Shown one piece after another: positions 19,240 through 28,432 of a stretch of 64,000 bases of DNA. A program made the position numbers and the translations under genes. This stretch comes from Candidatus Caldarchaeum sp. (GTDB taxonomy: Archaea > Thermoproteota > Nitrososphaeria_A > Caldarchaeales > Caldarchaeaceae): assembly GCA_038885755.1 (NCBI GenBank), contig JAVZZH010000004.1, positions 1 to 64,000 of the forward strand. The letters are read 5' to 3'. Under the pieces are notes generated by a model that worked only from the letters and a program-made list of their open reading frames with translations, ran no database searches and was not told the origin of the DNA. Each line of letters starts with the position of its first letter. The stretch's first letter is position 1.

Positions 19240-20039
19240 TCGAAGCGCTGCAGCAGCCATTCATACAGCGTGCCCTCGCCGCGTCGGTCATAGCGGGGTT
19301 CCTGCTGCCCCTGATGGGCAGTTATCTCGTCCCCAAGAAGCTCTCCCTTCTAGGCGACGCCTCCTCCCACGTAGCCTTCGCAGCCTTAGCCATCACAACG
19401 CTTCTAGGCTTGTCCAACAGCCTTGTTCCCTACCTTGCGCCGGCTCTGGCAGTCTACGTAATCCTGACGATGATGAACAGGTTCAACATATCTGGAGACC
19501 AAGCCCTCGCCGTCTTCCTGGCGATGGGAGCGGCCACGGCATCCATAGCGATATCGTTCGGGGCACGGGTCAACCTCAACTCAATCCTCTTCGGAAGTGT
19601 TTTGCTGCTCTCGGACGAGGATGTTTTGGCGGCCGGGGTTGTGGCTGCCGTCGTCGGGCCTTTCGTCGCAATCAACTTCGGGAAGACCGTCATTTACACC
19701 ATGAGCGAAGAGTTGGCCAGGATCCGCGGCGTCAACGTGAAGTTTTACCAAGTTTTCCTCGCGGTCGCAGCAGGCCTCGCAATAGTTTCGGGCATCAAGG
19801 TTGCGGGAGTTCTCCTCGTAACAGCCTTGCTGGCGATCCCCGCCGCAGCCGCTTCGCTGGTCGCGAGCTCGTTCAAGAAGTCCGTCATCCTCTCCGTCTC
19901 CATGGGGATAGTTTCAACGCTTACCGGCGTGGTTCTATCGTACTATACAGGAATAACACCCGGAGCTGCTTCCGTCCTCGTTCTTCTGTCGGCTTTAGCT
20001 GCTTCGGTTTTGATGTGGCGCCTCAGGTTAAGAATATAG
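19236..20039 (+). CDS. Zn/Mn ABC transporter permease (ZnuB-like)
   Basis: LLGDASSHVA, LFGSVL, GVLLVTALLAIPA. Confidence 0.9.
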   Translation: MIEALQQPFIQRALAASVIAGFLLPLMGSYLVPKKLSLLGDASSHVAFAALAITTLLGLSNSLVPYLAPALAVYVILTMMNRFNISGDQALAVFLAMGAATASIAISFGARVNLNSILFGSVLLLSDEDVLAAGVVAAVVGPFVAINFGKTVIYTMSEELARIRGVNVKFYQVFLAVAAGLAIVSGIKVAGVLLVTALLAIPAAAASLVASSFKKSVILSVSMGIVSTLTGVVLSYYTGITPGAASVLVLLSALAASVLMWRLRLRI

Positions 20040-20056
20040 CAGGCGTCTGCCTATAC

Positions 20057-20515
20057 ATGTACGTGGGCACAGTTCCTCTCCAATCCCCTCCCAAAGTGAA
20101 GGTTCTGGAGGCGTTGGGTGCGGTCGCAGGCGGAAGGGTTAGGCTTCTGTCGGACAAGCAGGCGGAGGTGGATGCCTCGGAGGGCCGGAGAACCTACCGG
20201 GTGTATGTCGACGTCGAAAACCACGTCGCAGAGAGCGACGACAACGGAACCGTCTTCAGGAACTACGTAGGCTACCCGATTATAGCCGTGTTGATGGCTG
20301 CGAAAATTCTCCCATACTATGAGGAGATAGCCAAGCCTCTCGCGGGCGTCAAATGGCGTAGCTTGAACGAGCGGTACAGGAGCTACAGGGTCGTGGAGTC
20401 GCTGGTCAAGAAGAAGCTGGCCGAGCACGGCATCGGCGGCGACAAGGTCGACGAGGCGATCACAGATGTGTTGAGCAGGCTTGAACAGCTGAAGCTTGCG
20501 AAGCCCTCTACTTGA
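20057..20515 (+). CDS. Conserved archaeal hypothetical protein
   Basis: 3' part of the 433-aa ORF (PPKVKVLEALGAVA...SDDNGT...YVGYPIIA). The upstream part is a shadow of the permease gene. Confidence 0.7.
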   Translation: MYVGTVPLQSPPKVKVLEALGAVAGGRVRLLSDKQAEVDASEGRRTYRVYVDVENHVAESDDNGTVFRNYVGYPIIAVLMAAKILPYYEEIAKPLAGVKWRSLNERYRSYRVVESLVKKKLAEHGIGGDKVDEAITDVLSRLEQLKLAKPST

Positions 20516-20948
20516 CTACGAGGACCGGGCAGTGGGCGTGGGAGACCACGCCGCTGGCCACGCTGCCGAGCAAAAGTTTCTTGAAGCTTCCCAGCCCCCG
20601 AGTCCCGGTGACTATCAGGTCGGCCTTCTCGTTCAACGCATAGTTTGTCAAGGCCTCGACAACGGATGGCGCTCTCTCGACCACCTCTCCACGGGCTTGG
20701 ACGCCTGCTTCGGACGCCTTTCTCAACGCCTCGTTGACATAACGCCACCCCTCCTCCTTTGCGTCTTGATAATACTGCTGTAATGCGGCGGGCGATATCC
20801 CCGCGGCTGCGAACAGGTAGGGTGGCTGCTGGACGACGTGGACGACGACAAGCTCAGACCCCAGCTTCCTGCAAAGCTCCACCGCAACGTCGACGGCTCT
20901 CCGGCTGTTGTCGGACCCATCCACCGCGGCCAATATCTTGCTGAACAT
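20508..20948 (-). CDS. Universal stress protein (UspA family)
   Basis: KILAAVDGS, DLIVTGTRG, LLGSVA, CPVLVVK. Confidence 0.93.
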   Translation of the reverse strand: MFSKILAAVDGSDNSRRAVDVAVELCRKLGSELVVVHVVQQPPYLFAAAGISPAALQQYYQDAKEEGWRYVNEALRKASEAGVQARGEVVERAPSVVEALTNYALNEKADLIVTGTRGLGSFKKLLLGSVASGVVSHAHCPVLVVK

Positions 20949-21261
20949 AATCCGCCGTAGAGGCGGTGAGGCAGGGTAAAACTGTTTCGGCTCGACCAAC
21001 GGCGTTCCATAAACACTGTTTAATGGAAATCTTGTTTATAGAACGTGAGAGAACTAATCAGGATGGTCCAACACCCAGACGATAACTGCTCTTAAAGGTT
21101 TTGCCGGGCTTGCTGGCTCTGGACGGACGTTATGAAGGCATAGTATGCTCCCACAGAGGTCAAGGTGCTGCTAAAGCCTTAGTCCCAGTTATACCGAGAT
21201 ACTTCTAGCTCTCCGGCTCGACAAACACAAATATAAATGCCGATTTCAGGCGTTTTTGGGG

Positions 21262-22800
21262 ATGGACTGGCTCGACATACTAACAGGTGTAGTTGGGTCG
21301 ATCGTAAGGTTCGTCACGGCCAGCTTGTTAAACATGTTGTTGACAGCCGCCGCCGTCGGGGCGGTGGTTTCAGCTGTTTTTCTCGTCCTTCGCAGGAGGA
21401 GGACGGCGGAGGAGGTTGTGCTCGAGCAGGTTGAGGAGGAGAAGCCGCAGCCGGTTGTGCTGGAGGAGTACATGGTTGACAACCTGATAAACGTCAAAAT
21501 CTTGTCATTCAACGGGCGGCATAAATACATCGTCGAAGAGCCCTCTTTAACCGAGGAGGAGAAAAATATTATTCAGAAGGTTGAACAGGCTTATGTCGTC
21601 AAGGGAGAGGACCCGTTCAAGATTCTTGAAAGGTTCAGGATCCCCGAAGACAGGCTGGAAAGCGTAAAATACTATGTGTTCAAGAACCTGAAGGGCGGGT
21701 GGAAGCTCGAGCCTCTGCTACGGGATGAAGGTCTTGAGGATATCACAGCGACGAAGCCTGGGCCTGTGTACGTCATCCACAGAAGACATCCTGACCTAGG
21801 TTGGATAGAGACGAACGTCGAGCTCTCCGACAAGGAGCTGGACAAGCAGGCTCTTCTGCTCGCTGAGAGGAACGGAGCGGAGCTGAACATAGCCAGGCCT
21901 GCGGCTGAGATAATGACGAGCGACGGCGACAGGATCGCCTTGACTTACGCCGGCGAGCTCACGCCCGGGACGAGCACCATCACCATCAGGAAGTTTCCCC
22001 GCAATCCCTACACCATCATCGACCTGATTAGGAAAGGAACTCTCAACACCATAACAGCGGCCTATCTGTGGACTTTTCTGGAGAACAAGAAGTTTGTGGT
22101 CATAGCGGGGCCCACCGGCAGCGGGAAGACAACGCTCTTGGCGGCGCTCCTCCAGCTCCTGCCGTCGAACGCAAAAATCTTAACCCTCGAAGACTACCAT
22201 CCCGAGATCAACCTTACATGGCATAAGAACTGGCACCGGTTCGTCACGAGGCGCACGCTGGGCGAAACAGCCTACAGCTTGGCGGAGATACTGAGGCTCA
22301 GCCTACGGCACAGACCCGACTACACCGTCGTCGGCGAGGTGAGGGGGCAGGAAGCCAGAGTTATGTTCTCAGCTGCGGCGACGGGACACGGCATGGCCAC
22401 TACTCTCCACGCCGAAAGCATCGAAGACGTTTACCAGAGGTTTACAGGGGCTTCTATGGGCGTGATGAGGGATGAACTCGTCTTCCTCAACGTCGTCGCT
22501 CTGATAAAGGGGACGCCTAAAGGACGTAGAGTTGTTGGGGTTTGGGAGGTTGAGAAGCCCGGCAAAGAACATCTCATAAGCTGGTATGACGAGGAGTCGG
22601 GTCGTTTCTTCCCCGAGACCAGCAGACAGCTCGTGGTCAACTCGTTCCATCTCGTCCGCAGCCCGTCCCTTAGACGGCAGTACGAAGCCAACCTGAAGAT
22701 CCTCGAAGAGCTTGTGATGTCGGGTGAATCGATACCGGCCTCGGAGATATCTGTGAAGGTTGAAGAGATGCGAAAAGGTTTGAAGCTTGTCGTTAGCTGA
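21262..22800 (+). CDS. Type IV pilus/type II-IV secretion assembly ATPase (VirB11/TadA/FlaI family) with N-terminal TM
   Basis: TITIRKF, GPTGSGKTT, LRHRPD, VGEVRG, TGHG..TTLHA. Confidence 0.92.
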   Translation: MDWLDILTGVVGSIVRFVTASLLNMLLTAAAVGAVVSAVFLVLRRRRTAEEVVLEQVEEEKPQPVVLEEYMVDNLINVKILSFNGRHKYIVEEPSLTEEEKNIIQKVEQAYVVKGEDPFKILERFRIPEDRLESVKYYVFKNLKGGWKLEPLLRDEGLEDITATKPGPVYVIHRRHPDLGWIETNVELSDKELDKQALLLAERNGAELNIARPAAEIMTSDGDRIALTYAGELTPGTSTITIRKFPRNPYTIIDLIRKGTLNTITAAYLWTFLENKKFVVIAGPTGSGKTTLLAALLQLLPSNAKILTLEDYHPEINLTWHKNWHRFVTRRTLGETAYSLAEILRLSLRHRPDYTVVGEVRGQEARVMFSAAATGHGMATTLHAESIEDVYQRFTGASMGVMRDELVFLNVVALIKGTPKGRRVVGVWEVEKPGKEHLISWYDEESGRFFPETSRQLVVNSFHLVRSPSLRRQYEANLKILEELVMSGESIPASEISVKVEEMRKGLKLVVS

Positions 22801-23704
22801 CTTCACGGGAGAGGAGTATCTTGTTCTCTCGTGGCTGCAGTCTATATCGGATAATCCAAAGAACTTTGTGAGGATAGTGGACATCGACATCAGGACGGGC
22901 GAGGTTGTTGTTCTCCACGACCCGCCGGCGGTGATGAGGCTTGAGAAGCTTTTCGAGATCTTGGACAAGCTCGAGAAGCGGGGGTTGGTTAAAAGCGGTT
23001 TTGAGAGGAAGCTCGCCAAGTGTGTTAAGTGTGGTAAGACGATCTTCCAGCCGCATTTGACATGCCCCGAATGCGGTGGGGAGGATGTTGAGAAGGTGGT
23101 TGTTTTCCTGCATTCATGCGGCGCCAACCTGTCCGAGCATATTCTGTCGGAGACCCGGAATTGTCCTAAATGCGGCGACCTTCTGGATTTAAGGGAGCTG
23201 ACGAGCAGCAGGGTTAGGTTCGCCTGCAACAGCTGCGGCGCTGTCTTCGACAAGCCTGAGTTGAGGGCTGAATGTCTCTCGTGCGGCGACGTGCGGAGCG
23301 TCGTCGACCTTGTCTTCGAGGATTATCGTAAGTACATGATTACGGACGGCGGGCTTCTGTTCTTAGAGGCGAGGAACCCTCTAAGAGTGTTGGTGAAGAG
23401 GCTGCTGGAGGCGGGCTACCGTGTTTCGGAGAAGGTGGAGCTGCGTGGAATCAGCGGCACAACCCATCAGGTGGACCTGCTGGCCATCAGCTTGGAAGAA
23501 ACCAGAGTCTACGACGTTCGGTACTTTGTCGACGCCGAGACCCTGCTGAGGTTTGCGGTTAAGAGGCTTGACGTCGAGAAGACACAGATACCGAATGCTT
23601 TGGGGAAGGTGAGGTGGATAATGGCTTCTGTCGAGGTCGCTGAAGCGGCCCTCAAGACGGCTGAAACCTTCGGGATCGAGGTTGAGGTGGTGCGGTATGG
23701 CTGA
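22787..23704 (+). CDS. TackOD1-like multi-Zn-finger protein with C-terminal restriction-endonuclease-like domain
   Basis: CxxC arrays (CVKC, CPEC, HSC, CPKC, CNSC, CLSC) and ELRGISGTTHQVDLLA. Confidence 0.7.
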   Translation: MSLADFTGEEYLVLSWLQSISDNPKNFVRIVDIDIRTGEVVVLHDPPAVMRLEKLFEILDKLEKRGLVKSGFERKLAKCVKCGKTIFQPHLTCPECGGEDVEKVVVFLHSCGANLSEHILSETRNCPKCGDLLDLRELTSSRVRFACNSCGAVFDKPELRAECLSCGDVRSVVDLVFEDYRKYMITDGGLLFLEARNPLRVLVKRLLEAGYRVSEKVELRGISGTTHQVDLLAISLEETRVYDVRYFVDAETLLRFAVKRLDVEKTQIPNALGKVRWIMASVEVAEAALKTAETFGIEVEVVRYG

Positions 23705-25091
23705 AAGCATGGCCGCTGGCCTTGTTGGGTTCATGCTATCCTACTGGCCCTATCTCTCCGTAGCCGGGCTTCTGCTGGTCGTTGTGGTTTTTTACAGGCG
23801 TTTCGTCGAGTCGGAGCGGAGCGCCGCGGCTGAGAGGGAGCAGACTCTTTTCCTGACGTTTCTGTATGTTCTCGTGAAGAGCGGTAAGACTGTTCTGCAG
23901 GCTTTCAGGGAGGCTGCTACGAAGAAGGAGTACATGAAGCATCTCTCGAGCGTCGCCTCATACCTTGTGAGGGACTCGGAGTCGAGGACTTTGTCTGAAA
24001 GCATGCGGAGATACGTTCATCCAAGCCGTGAGTTCACGTTGTTGGTAGGCTCGCTCGGCCAGGATTTGGAGAGCGGGTTCGGGGTTGTTGAGAAGCTTGA
24101 GAAGCTTATCGAGCAGGCTATTTCACGGGAGTCGGACAGGTGGAGGAGATACATCGACAGCGTCGAAACACTGGGGGAGGCGGTGGTAGCTGTGATTCTC
24201 CTGATCCCGCTCATCTACATCGTGGGAAGCCTTCTGGGAGGCTTTCCGCTTGTGTACACAGCGGTCATCGCCGTGGCTGCTGCAGCTGTCTTCTACGTCG
24301 TGTCTTCTGCGGCCGAGCCTCTCCATCTAGTGGACCTGCCCAAGCCTGTCGTGGTGAATTCGACGGTGTTGGCTGTCGGGCTTGGGGCTGTTCTGACCGC
24401 CGGATTCCTGAACATTTCGACGGTTTTGTTGGGGCTGGTGGTTGGGATGGTCTCCCTCGTTTGGGGGTTGTTCGTACATTTTAGATACGTGCGTAGGGCT
24501 GTTGCGGAGGGTGAGGGGGCTTTCCTGCTGCTTGACAGCGTGGCCGCCCGTCTAAGGGCCGGCTACCCCATCGGCAGGAGCTTGGAGGCCGTGGCCGACC
24601 CGAGGTTCAGCAAGTATGCGTTGTCTGTCGCCCGTGGGCTGAGCTTCAGCCCGTTGAACAGGTTTATGGCTGTGGCGATGGAGACGGTGAGGGTTGCTAG
24701 GCTCGGCGGGCTTGGAGCTGAGGCTCTCAGCCTTCTGGCGAGGCTGGCTCTTGCGGTTCATCTCAGCTTCACGGGTGCTCGTGCGAGGATGAAGCTCTAC
24801 ACAGGGCTTGCGGTGGGAAGCGGCGCTACAATCATCGCGGTCTCAGCCATAGTGGTTCTGCCTTTCACGACCCTGCCGCCTGAACTCAGCGCGGAGATTC
24901 TGAAGTTCATCGTGATACCGACGCTGCAGCCGGTCCTGCCGCTAGCGATGATGGTGAGCTACGTGCTAGGAATCGCCGTCGGCAAAGTCGAAGACCAGAC
25001 GATATCCGCCACGTGGAGGGCAGGGGCTGGGGTAATCGCATGCATAATAGCTTACTCGGTAGTCACGGCTTTCATTCCAACTCCCTCCTAG
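23697..25091 (+). CDS. Type IV pilus assembly membrane platform protein (TadC/GspF-like)
   Basis: Multi-TM protein with two soluble loops (VKSGKTVLQAF; LRAGYPIGRSL), downstream of the ATPase. Confidence 0.75.
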   Translation: MAESMAAGLVGFMLSYWPYLSVAGLLLVVVVFYRRFVESERSAAAEREQTLFLTFLYVLVKSGKTVLQAFREAATKKEYMKHLSSVASYLVRDSESRTLSESMRRYVHPSREFTLLVGSLGQDLESGFGVVEKLEKLIEQAISRESDRWRRYIDSVETLGEAVVAVILLIPLIYIVGSLLGGFPLVYTAVIAVAAAAVFYVVSSAAEPLHLVDLPKPVVVNSTVLAVGLGAVLTAGFLNISTVLLGLVVGMVSLVWGLFVHFRYVRRAVAEGEGAFLLLDSVAARLRAGYPIGRSLEAVADPRFSKYALSVARGLSFSPLNRFMAVAMETVRVARLGGLGAEALSLLARLALAVHLSFTGARARMKLYTGLAVGSGATIIAVSAIVVLPFTTLPPELSAEILKFIVIPTLQPVLPLAMMVSYVLGIAVGKVEDQTISATWRAGAGVIACIIAYSVVTAFIPTPS

Positions 25092-25110
25092 GACAGGCGC
25101 TATCGTCTGG

Positions 25111-25516
25111 CTACGGTATTGCGAGGGTTAGGATTTTGTTGTTGATGGCGCGGCCTACGATGGTGAATCTCTGCTTCGGGTTTACAAGGCTGCCCGCGAT
25201 TCTTGCATAATGTCCCGGCTGAATCGGCGTGCAGCTTAGGTTTGTGTAGAATGTGGGCCCCCCGCCAGCGATAGTTCTGTCAAGCATGTGGAGACTAGTC
25301 CGTTGTAATAGAAGACCAGCATGCTTGACACACGGTTAAACTCCACAAGTATGCGGATCTCACCCGTCTTCCTGACATCCACCGCCGACCACTCGAAAAC
25401 GGTCTGCGTCAGATAGCCTACTATAACAAAGCAGCAGCCGCCGCCAGAGCCAATCCTAAGACTAGCAACAGGCCGATTATGTAGCATAGTCCCTTCACGG
25501 CGTTTCTCCAGCCCAT
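25111..25516 (-). pseudogene. Frameshifted pilin paralog of 26706..27113 (two -1 frameshifts)
   Basis: Three consecutive frames give MGWRNAVKGLCYIIGLLLVL / IVGYLTQT..DVRKTGE..VFYYNG..C / CTPIQPGHYARI..FTIVGRAINNKILTL, colinear with the intact pilin. Confidence 0.75.
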
Positions 25517-25639
25517 TTACCCGTATTGGTGAGGTGGTTTTATAACCTAACTTAGCCGCAAACAACTCATTCTCTTATGGTGGATCAAAACCCCGGACGC
25601 GTTGACATGGAAAATAAAAAGGGTTGAAGTGGTTTTGGT

Positions 25640-26092
25640 TTACGCTACTGAAGCCGTTGCAGCAGTTGACAACACCTGTGTTGACCCATCTTGGAATGTC
25701 ACGGTTATGATTATGCGGTAGGTCGTACCAAGATTACAACCTGTTGTTGCGGAGCCGGTTCCGTATGCGGTCGCGCCCGGATTAATGTTGGTAGTGGGGT
25801 TCCAAGTCCAAGAGGCTGCTGCTGGACTGCATCCATCGGGGAAGGTGGGGGGTGTACTAAAACCTGTGATTCGCACATCTCCTGTGTTTTTGATTACCAC
25901 CGCCCACGTACCAGCTCCCCCAGGTGTTGCGACGAGCTTGACTTGGTCGATTATGGCTGTAGGCCTTCTGCCGGCTATGCTGCTGAGGTTGAAGAAAACG
26001 CCCGCAACGACGACCGCAGCTGCCACGGTTATAGCTATCAGCAGGATGACGGCGACCAACGGGCTCAAGCCTGATTTTCTATGCCTAACCAT
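25640..26092 (-). CDS. Archaeal type IV pilin (class III signal peptide)
   Basis: RKSG|LSPLVAVILLIAITVAAA, VIKNTG. Confidence 0.9.
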   Translation of the reverse strand: MVRHRKSGLSPLVAVILLIAITVAAAVVVAGVFFNLSSIAGRRPTAIIDQVKLVATPGGAGTWAVVIKNTGDVRITGFSTPPTFPDGCSPAAASWTWNPTTNINPGATAYGTGSATTGCNLGTTYRIIITVTFQDGSTQVLSTAATASVA

Positions 26093-26186
26093 AGAAGCGG
26101 GCCAGTATTCCTATTTATATACATTAGCCGCCTGCAGCCGGAGTGCAATATAGACGTACGACCCTGGAAATGGTTCACCGACCCCT

Positions 26187-26624
26187 TTAGGCCGTCGAGG
26201 CTGCCGTCTTGACAACCAAGACCTGCTCAAAACCGTCTTCGAAAAAGACCGTCAACACAACTCCATACATGATTCCGGGAGCGCATCCATTAGCCGCGGC
26301 TCCAGAACCCGCCGCCGTCCCTCCCGGGCTCAACGGCACAGGACTGAAGCTTATGGTTGTGGCGCACGCGCCTCCATCAGGCCAGTCAACCTTTATCGCC
26401 GTTATGGACACGGTTCCCAAGTTCTTAACCACTATGGCCCATGTCCCTCCGCCCGACGGATAAGCCACCAGCCTCACATGGTCGACCATCGCTACGGTTC
26501 TCCGAGCAGCGACGTCGCTCACGTTCAAGAAAACACCGGCCACGACAACCGCGGCGAAGACAGTCACAGCAATCAACAAAACCTCAGCCACCAACGGAGT
26601 CGAGGAAGACGAATAACGAGGCAT
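26187..26624 (-). CDS. Archaeal type IV pilin paralog with atypical N-terminus
   Basis: Colinear with 25640..26092 (PLVA.VLLIA.TV, GTWA.V.KN.G, two Cys). Confidence 0.82.
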   Translation of the reverse strand: MPRYSSSSTPLVAEVLLIAVTVFAAVVVAGVFLNVSDVAARRTVAMVDHVRLVAYPSGGGTWAIVVKNLGTVSITAIKVDWPDGGACATTISFSPVPLSPGGTAAGSGAAANGCAPGIMYGVVLTVFFEDGFEQVLVVKTAASTA

Positions 26625-26705
26625 CAGAAAACCGTACAACCGAAAATCCTTAAAACCTTTACACCGAGCCGCACGTCCGGCAATACTCAGGTTTTACACC
26701 ACGCA

Positions 26706-27113
26706 TCATCTAACGAAGACCCTGAACGTCATCAGCTTGTTGCTGCCGGTGCGTAGAATAATCGTGTACTGGCCGGCTGGCCAGGGCGTTGCGTAGAGAT
26801 CTATGCTGGCGTAGTCGTTCGGGATGACGTTAATGCACGGCGAGAAATTCACGTTAGTAGCCAGCTCGACCACGGATATGCCTGCGATGCAGACCGGGAT
26901 TACGCCGTTGTTGTAGACTACAAGGTCGCCGGTGTTCCGGTGGGCTAGGAAGACGACGACGCTCTCCCCCGTCCTACGGACGTCCAGCGCATGAAGCCCC
27001 AACGCGGTCTGAGCCTGGAAGCCGACGATGCTGGAAAAAACAACCACGGTCGCCAACGTGATGGCTAAAACCAGCAGAACTCCGACGACGTAGCTTACAC
27101 CCGCCCTCCGCAC
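26706..27113 (-). CDS. Pilin-like protein (class III signal peptide)
   Basis: RRAG|VSYVVGVLLVLAITL, VVYNNG. Start set at GTG 27113, about 25 nt after a TTTAAA. Confidence 0.78.
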   Translation of the reverse strand: MRRAGVSYVVGVLLVLAITLATVVVFSSIVGFQAQTALGLHALDVRRTGESVVVFLAHRNTGDLVVYNNGVIPVCIAGISVVELATNVNFSPCINVIPNDYASIDLYATPWPAGQYTIILRTGSNKLMTFRVFVR

Positions 27114-27156
27114 GTCAACCAACTCGAAAGAACCCTTTAAAAAGTTATCCACACGC

Positions 27157-28269
27157 TCAGCAAGGTGTTGCCAACGCCGTCACACCCCTGTGAACAACCA
27201 CCAACGTAGCGGTCCTGTCCACGCCAAGCCCGTCGCTGAAGATGAGCGTCAAAGTATTCGTGGCGAAGGCGGCCGGTGCAGTCCAGACACGTTCAACATG
27301 CAGCCGGGCTACTGATCGTGCGGGTGGATGTATCGGGTTAGGGTCGGCCCAGAAGTTTAGAACAGGTGGAAGAGCAGCGGGCGCGACCGCTATATGCCCC
27401 GTGTATACGTTCAAGGTCGTCACGGTTATTGTGACGTGTCTGATGCATGCGGCCCTGTTCAGAGTCAATGTAGCCGGTAGGCCGAGGACGTTGAAATCAG
27501 AAATTATGACACGGACCGAGTAGTCTCGGGTGAAGCTCTGGGAAGACAGCCTTATCTTAAGGTAGTAGAACCCGATGGCTGATCCTGTTCCGGTGGTGGG
27601 AACGTTGATGTTGACCCCGACCGCCACAGTCGCCCCAGTCGGGACGTTCACGCTCGAGGAAGGCACGAAAGTAACATTCCAGACCGGGCAGGGCAGGTAA
27701 GAGGTTCCGTCAAAAATGTTTACGCAGGACACCGAGACAACGCCGCCGCCGAAGTCAGGGCCCGTGGTTAGCACGAAAGTGGTGAGCCTGCCGCTGAACC
27801 CCGGCCTAACGATCCTCTCTGCAGGAGTGAAGTAGAACAGCGTGTGAAGCTCCGTCGGAGCATCCGTCACCTCAAAAACCGAGCCCCGGGAAGACACAAC
27901 TCTGTTAAACTGGTAGAGACCCGTCCTCGCCTCAAAGTTCTTCAAGTCCTTGAAAGTTCCCGGAGGAACCATGTAGTCAGGCGTAAGGTCGAAAACCTTG
28001 AAGCCCACGGCAGGGTCGTAGGTAACCCAGTGGTCGAGAACCACCGGAACGCTTGAATGGTTGTTGAACAGCCTCACATGAGTCTCGTTCAGCCAGTAGA
28101 TCATGAAGAAAGACTCCATGGCCCTCTCCGCTTCACGCTTGATGGCTTCGGAGGCTGAGTTCTGCAGCGACAACATCATCGCCATGTAGGCGGAAACCAG
28201 CCCTAGGAAAACCACGGTAACAACTAGAGACGCGACAACGACGCTTACAGCCTTACGCCCGCCGTCCAT
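27157..28269 (-). CDS. Large minor pilin/adhesin-like protein (class III signal peptide)
   Basis: RKA|VSVVVASLVVTVVFL followed by Thr/Val-rich beta-sandwich-like domains. Confidence 0.72.
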   Translation of the reverse strand: MDGGRKAVSVVVASLVVTVVFLGLVSAYMAMMLSLQNSASEAIKREAERAMESFFMIYWLNETHVRLFNNHSSVPVVLDHWVTYDPAVGFKVFDLTPDYMVPPGTFKDLKNFEARTGLYQFNRVVSSRGSVFEVTDAPTELHTLFYFTPAERIVRPGFSGRLTTFVLTTGPDFGGGVVSVSCVNIFDGTSYLPCPVWNVTFVPSSSVNVPTGATVAVGVNINVPTTGTGSAIGFYYLKIRLSSQSFTRDYSVRVIISDFNVLGLPATLTLNRAACIRHVTITVTTLNVYTGHIAVAPAALPPVLNFWADPNPIHPPARSVARLHVERVWTAPAAFATNTLTLIFSDGLGVDRTATLVVVHRGVTALATPC

Positions 28270-28322
28270 ACAACCCACCCAACCACCAACCCCTATAAAA
28301 CCTGTTTTCCGGACGACGCTCG

Positions 28323-28396
28323 TGGGCCGGGGCGGACTTGAACCGCCGACCTCCACCGCGTCAGGGTGGCGTCATACCAGGCTAGACCACCGGCCC
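28323..28396 (-). tRNA. tRNA-Val(GAC), intron-less, CCA not encoded
   Basis: GGGCCGG/CCGGCCC acceptor stem, CCACC-CTGACGC-GGTGG anticodon arm, GGCGG-TTCAAGT-CCGCC T arm. Confidence 0.97.
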
Positions 28397-28432
28397 CGAC
28401 GTCCCCATGTCTAGACGCCGGGTATTTAGGCG

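Noticed and set aside
19214-20515. 433-aa ORF overlapping the metal permease
   Set aside because: The N-terminal ~280 aa is an Arg/Pro-rich shadow frame. Only 20057..20515 looks coding.
21004-21030. Palindrome GTTCCATAAACACTGTTTAATGGAAAT resembling a CRISPR repeat
   Set aside because: Single copy with no spacer periodicity and no cas genes. At most a protein-binding site or hairpin.
21000-28322. Integrated mobile element at tRNA-Val
   Set aside because: No integrase, transposase or duplicated tRNA 3' end seen by eye.
28270-28356. N-terminal extension of the 399-aa ORF
   Set aside because: It overlaps tRNA-Val. The class III signal starts at ATG 28269.
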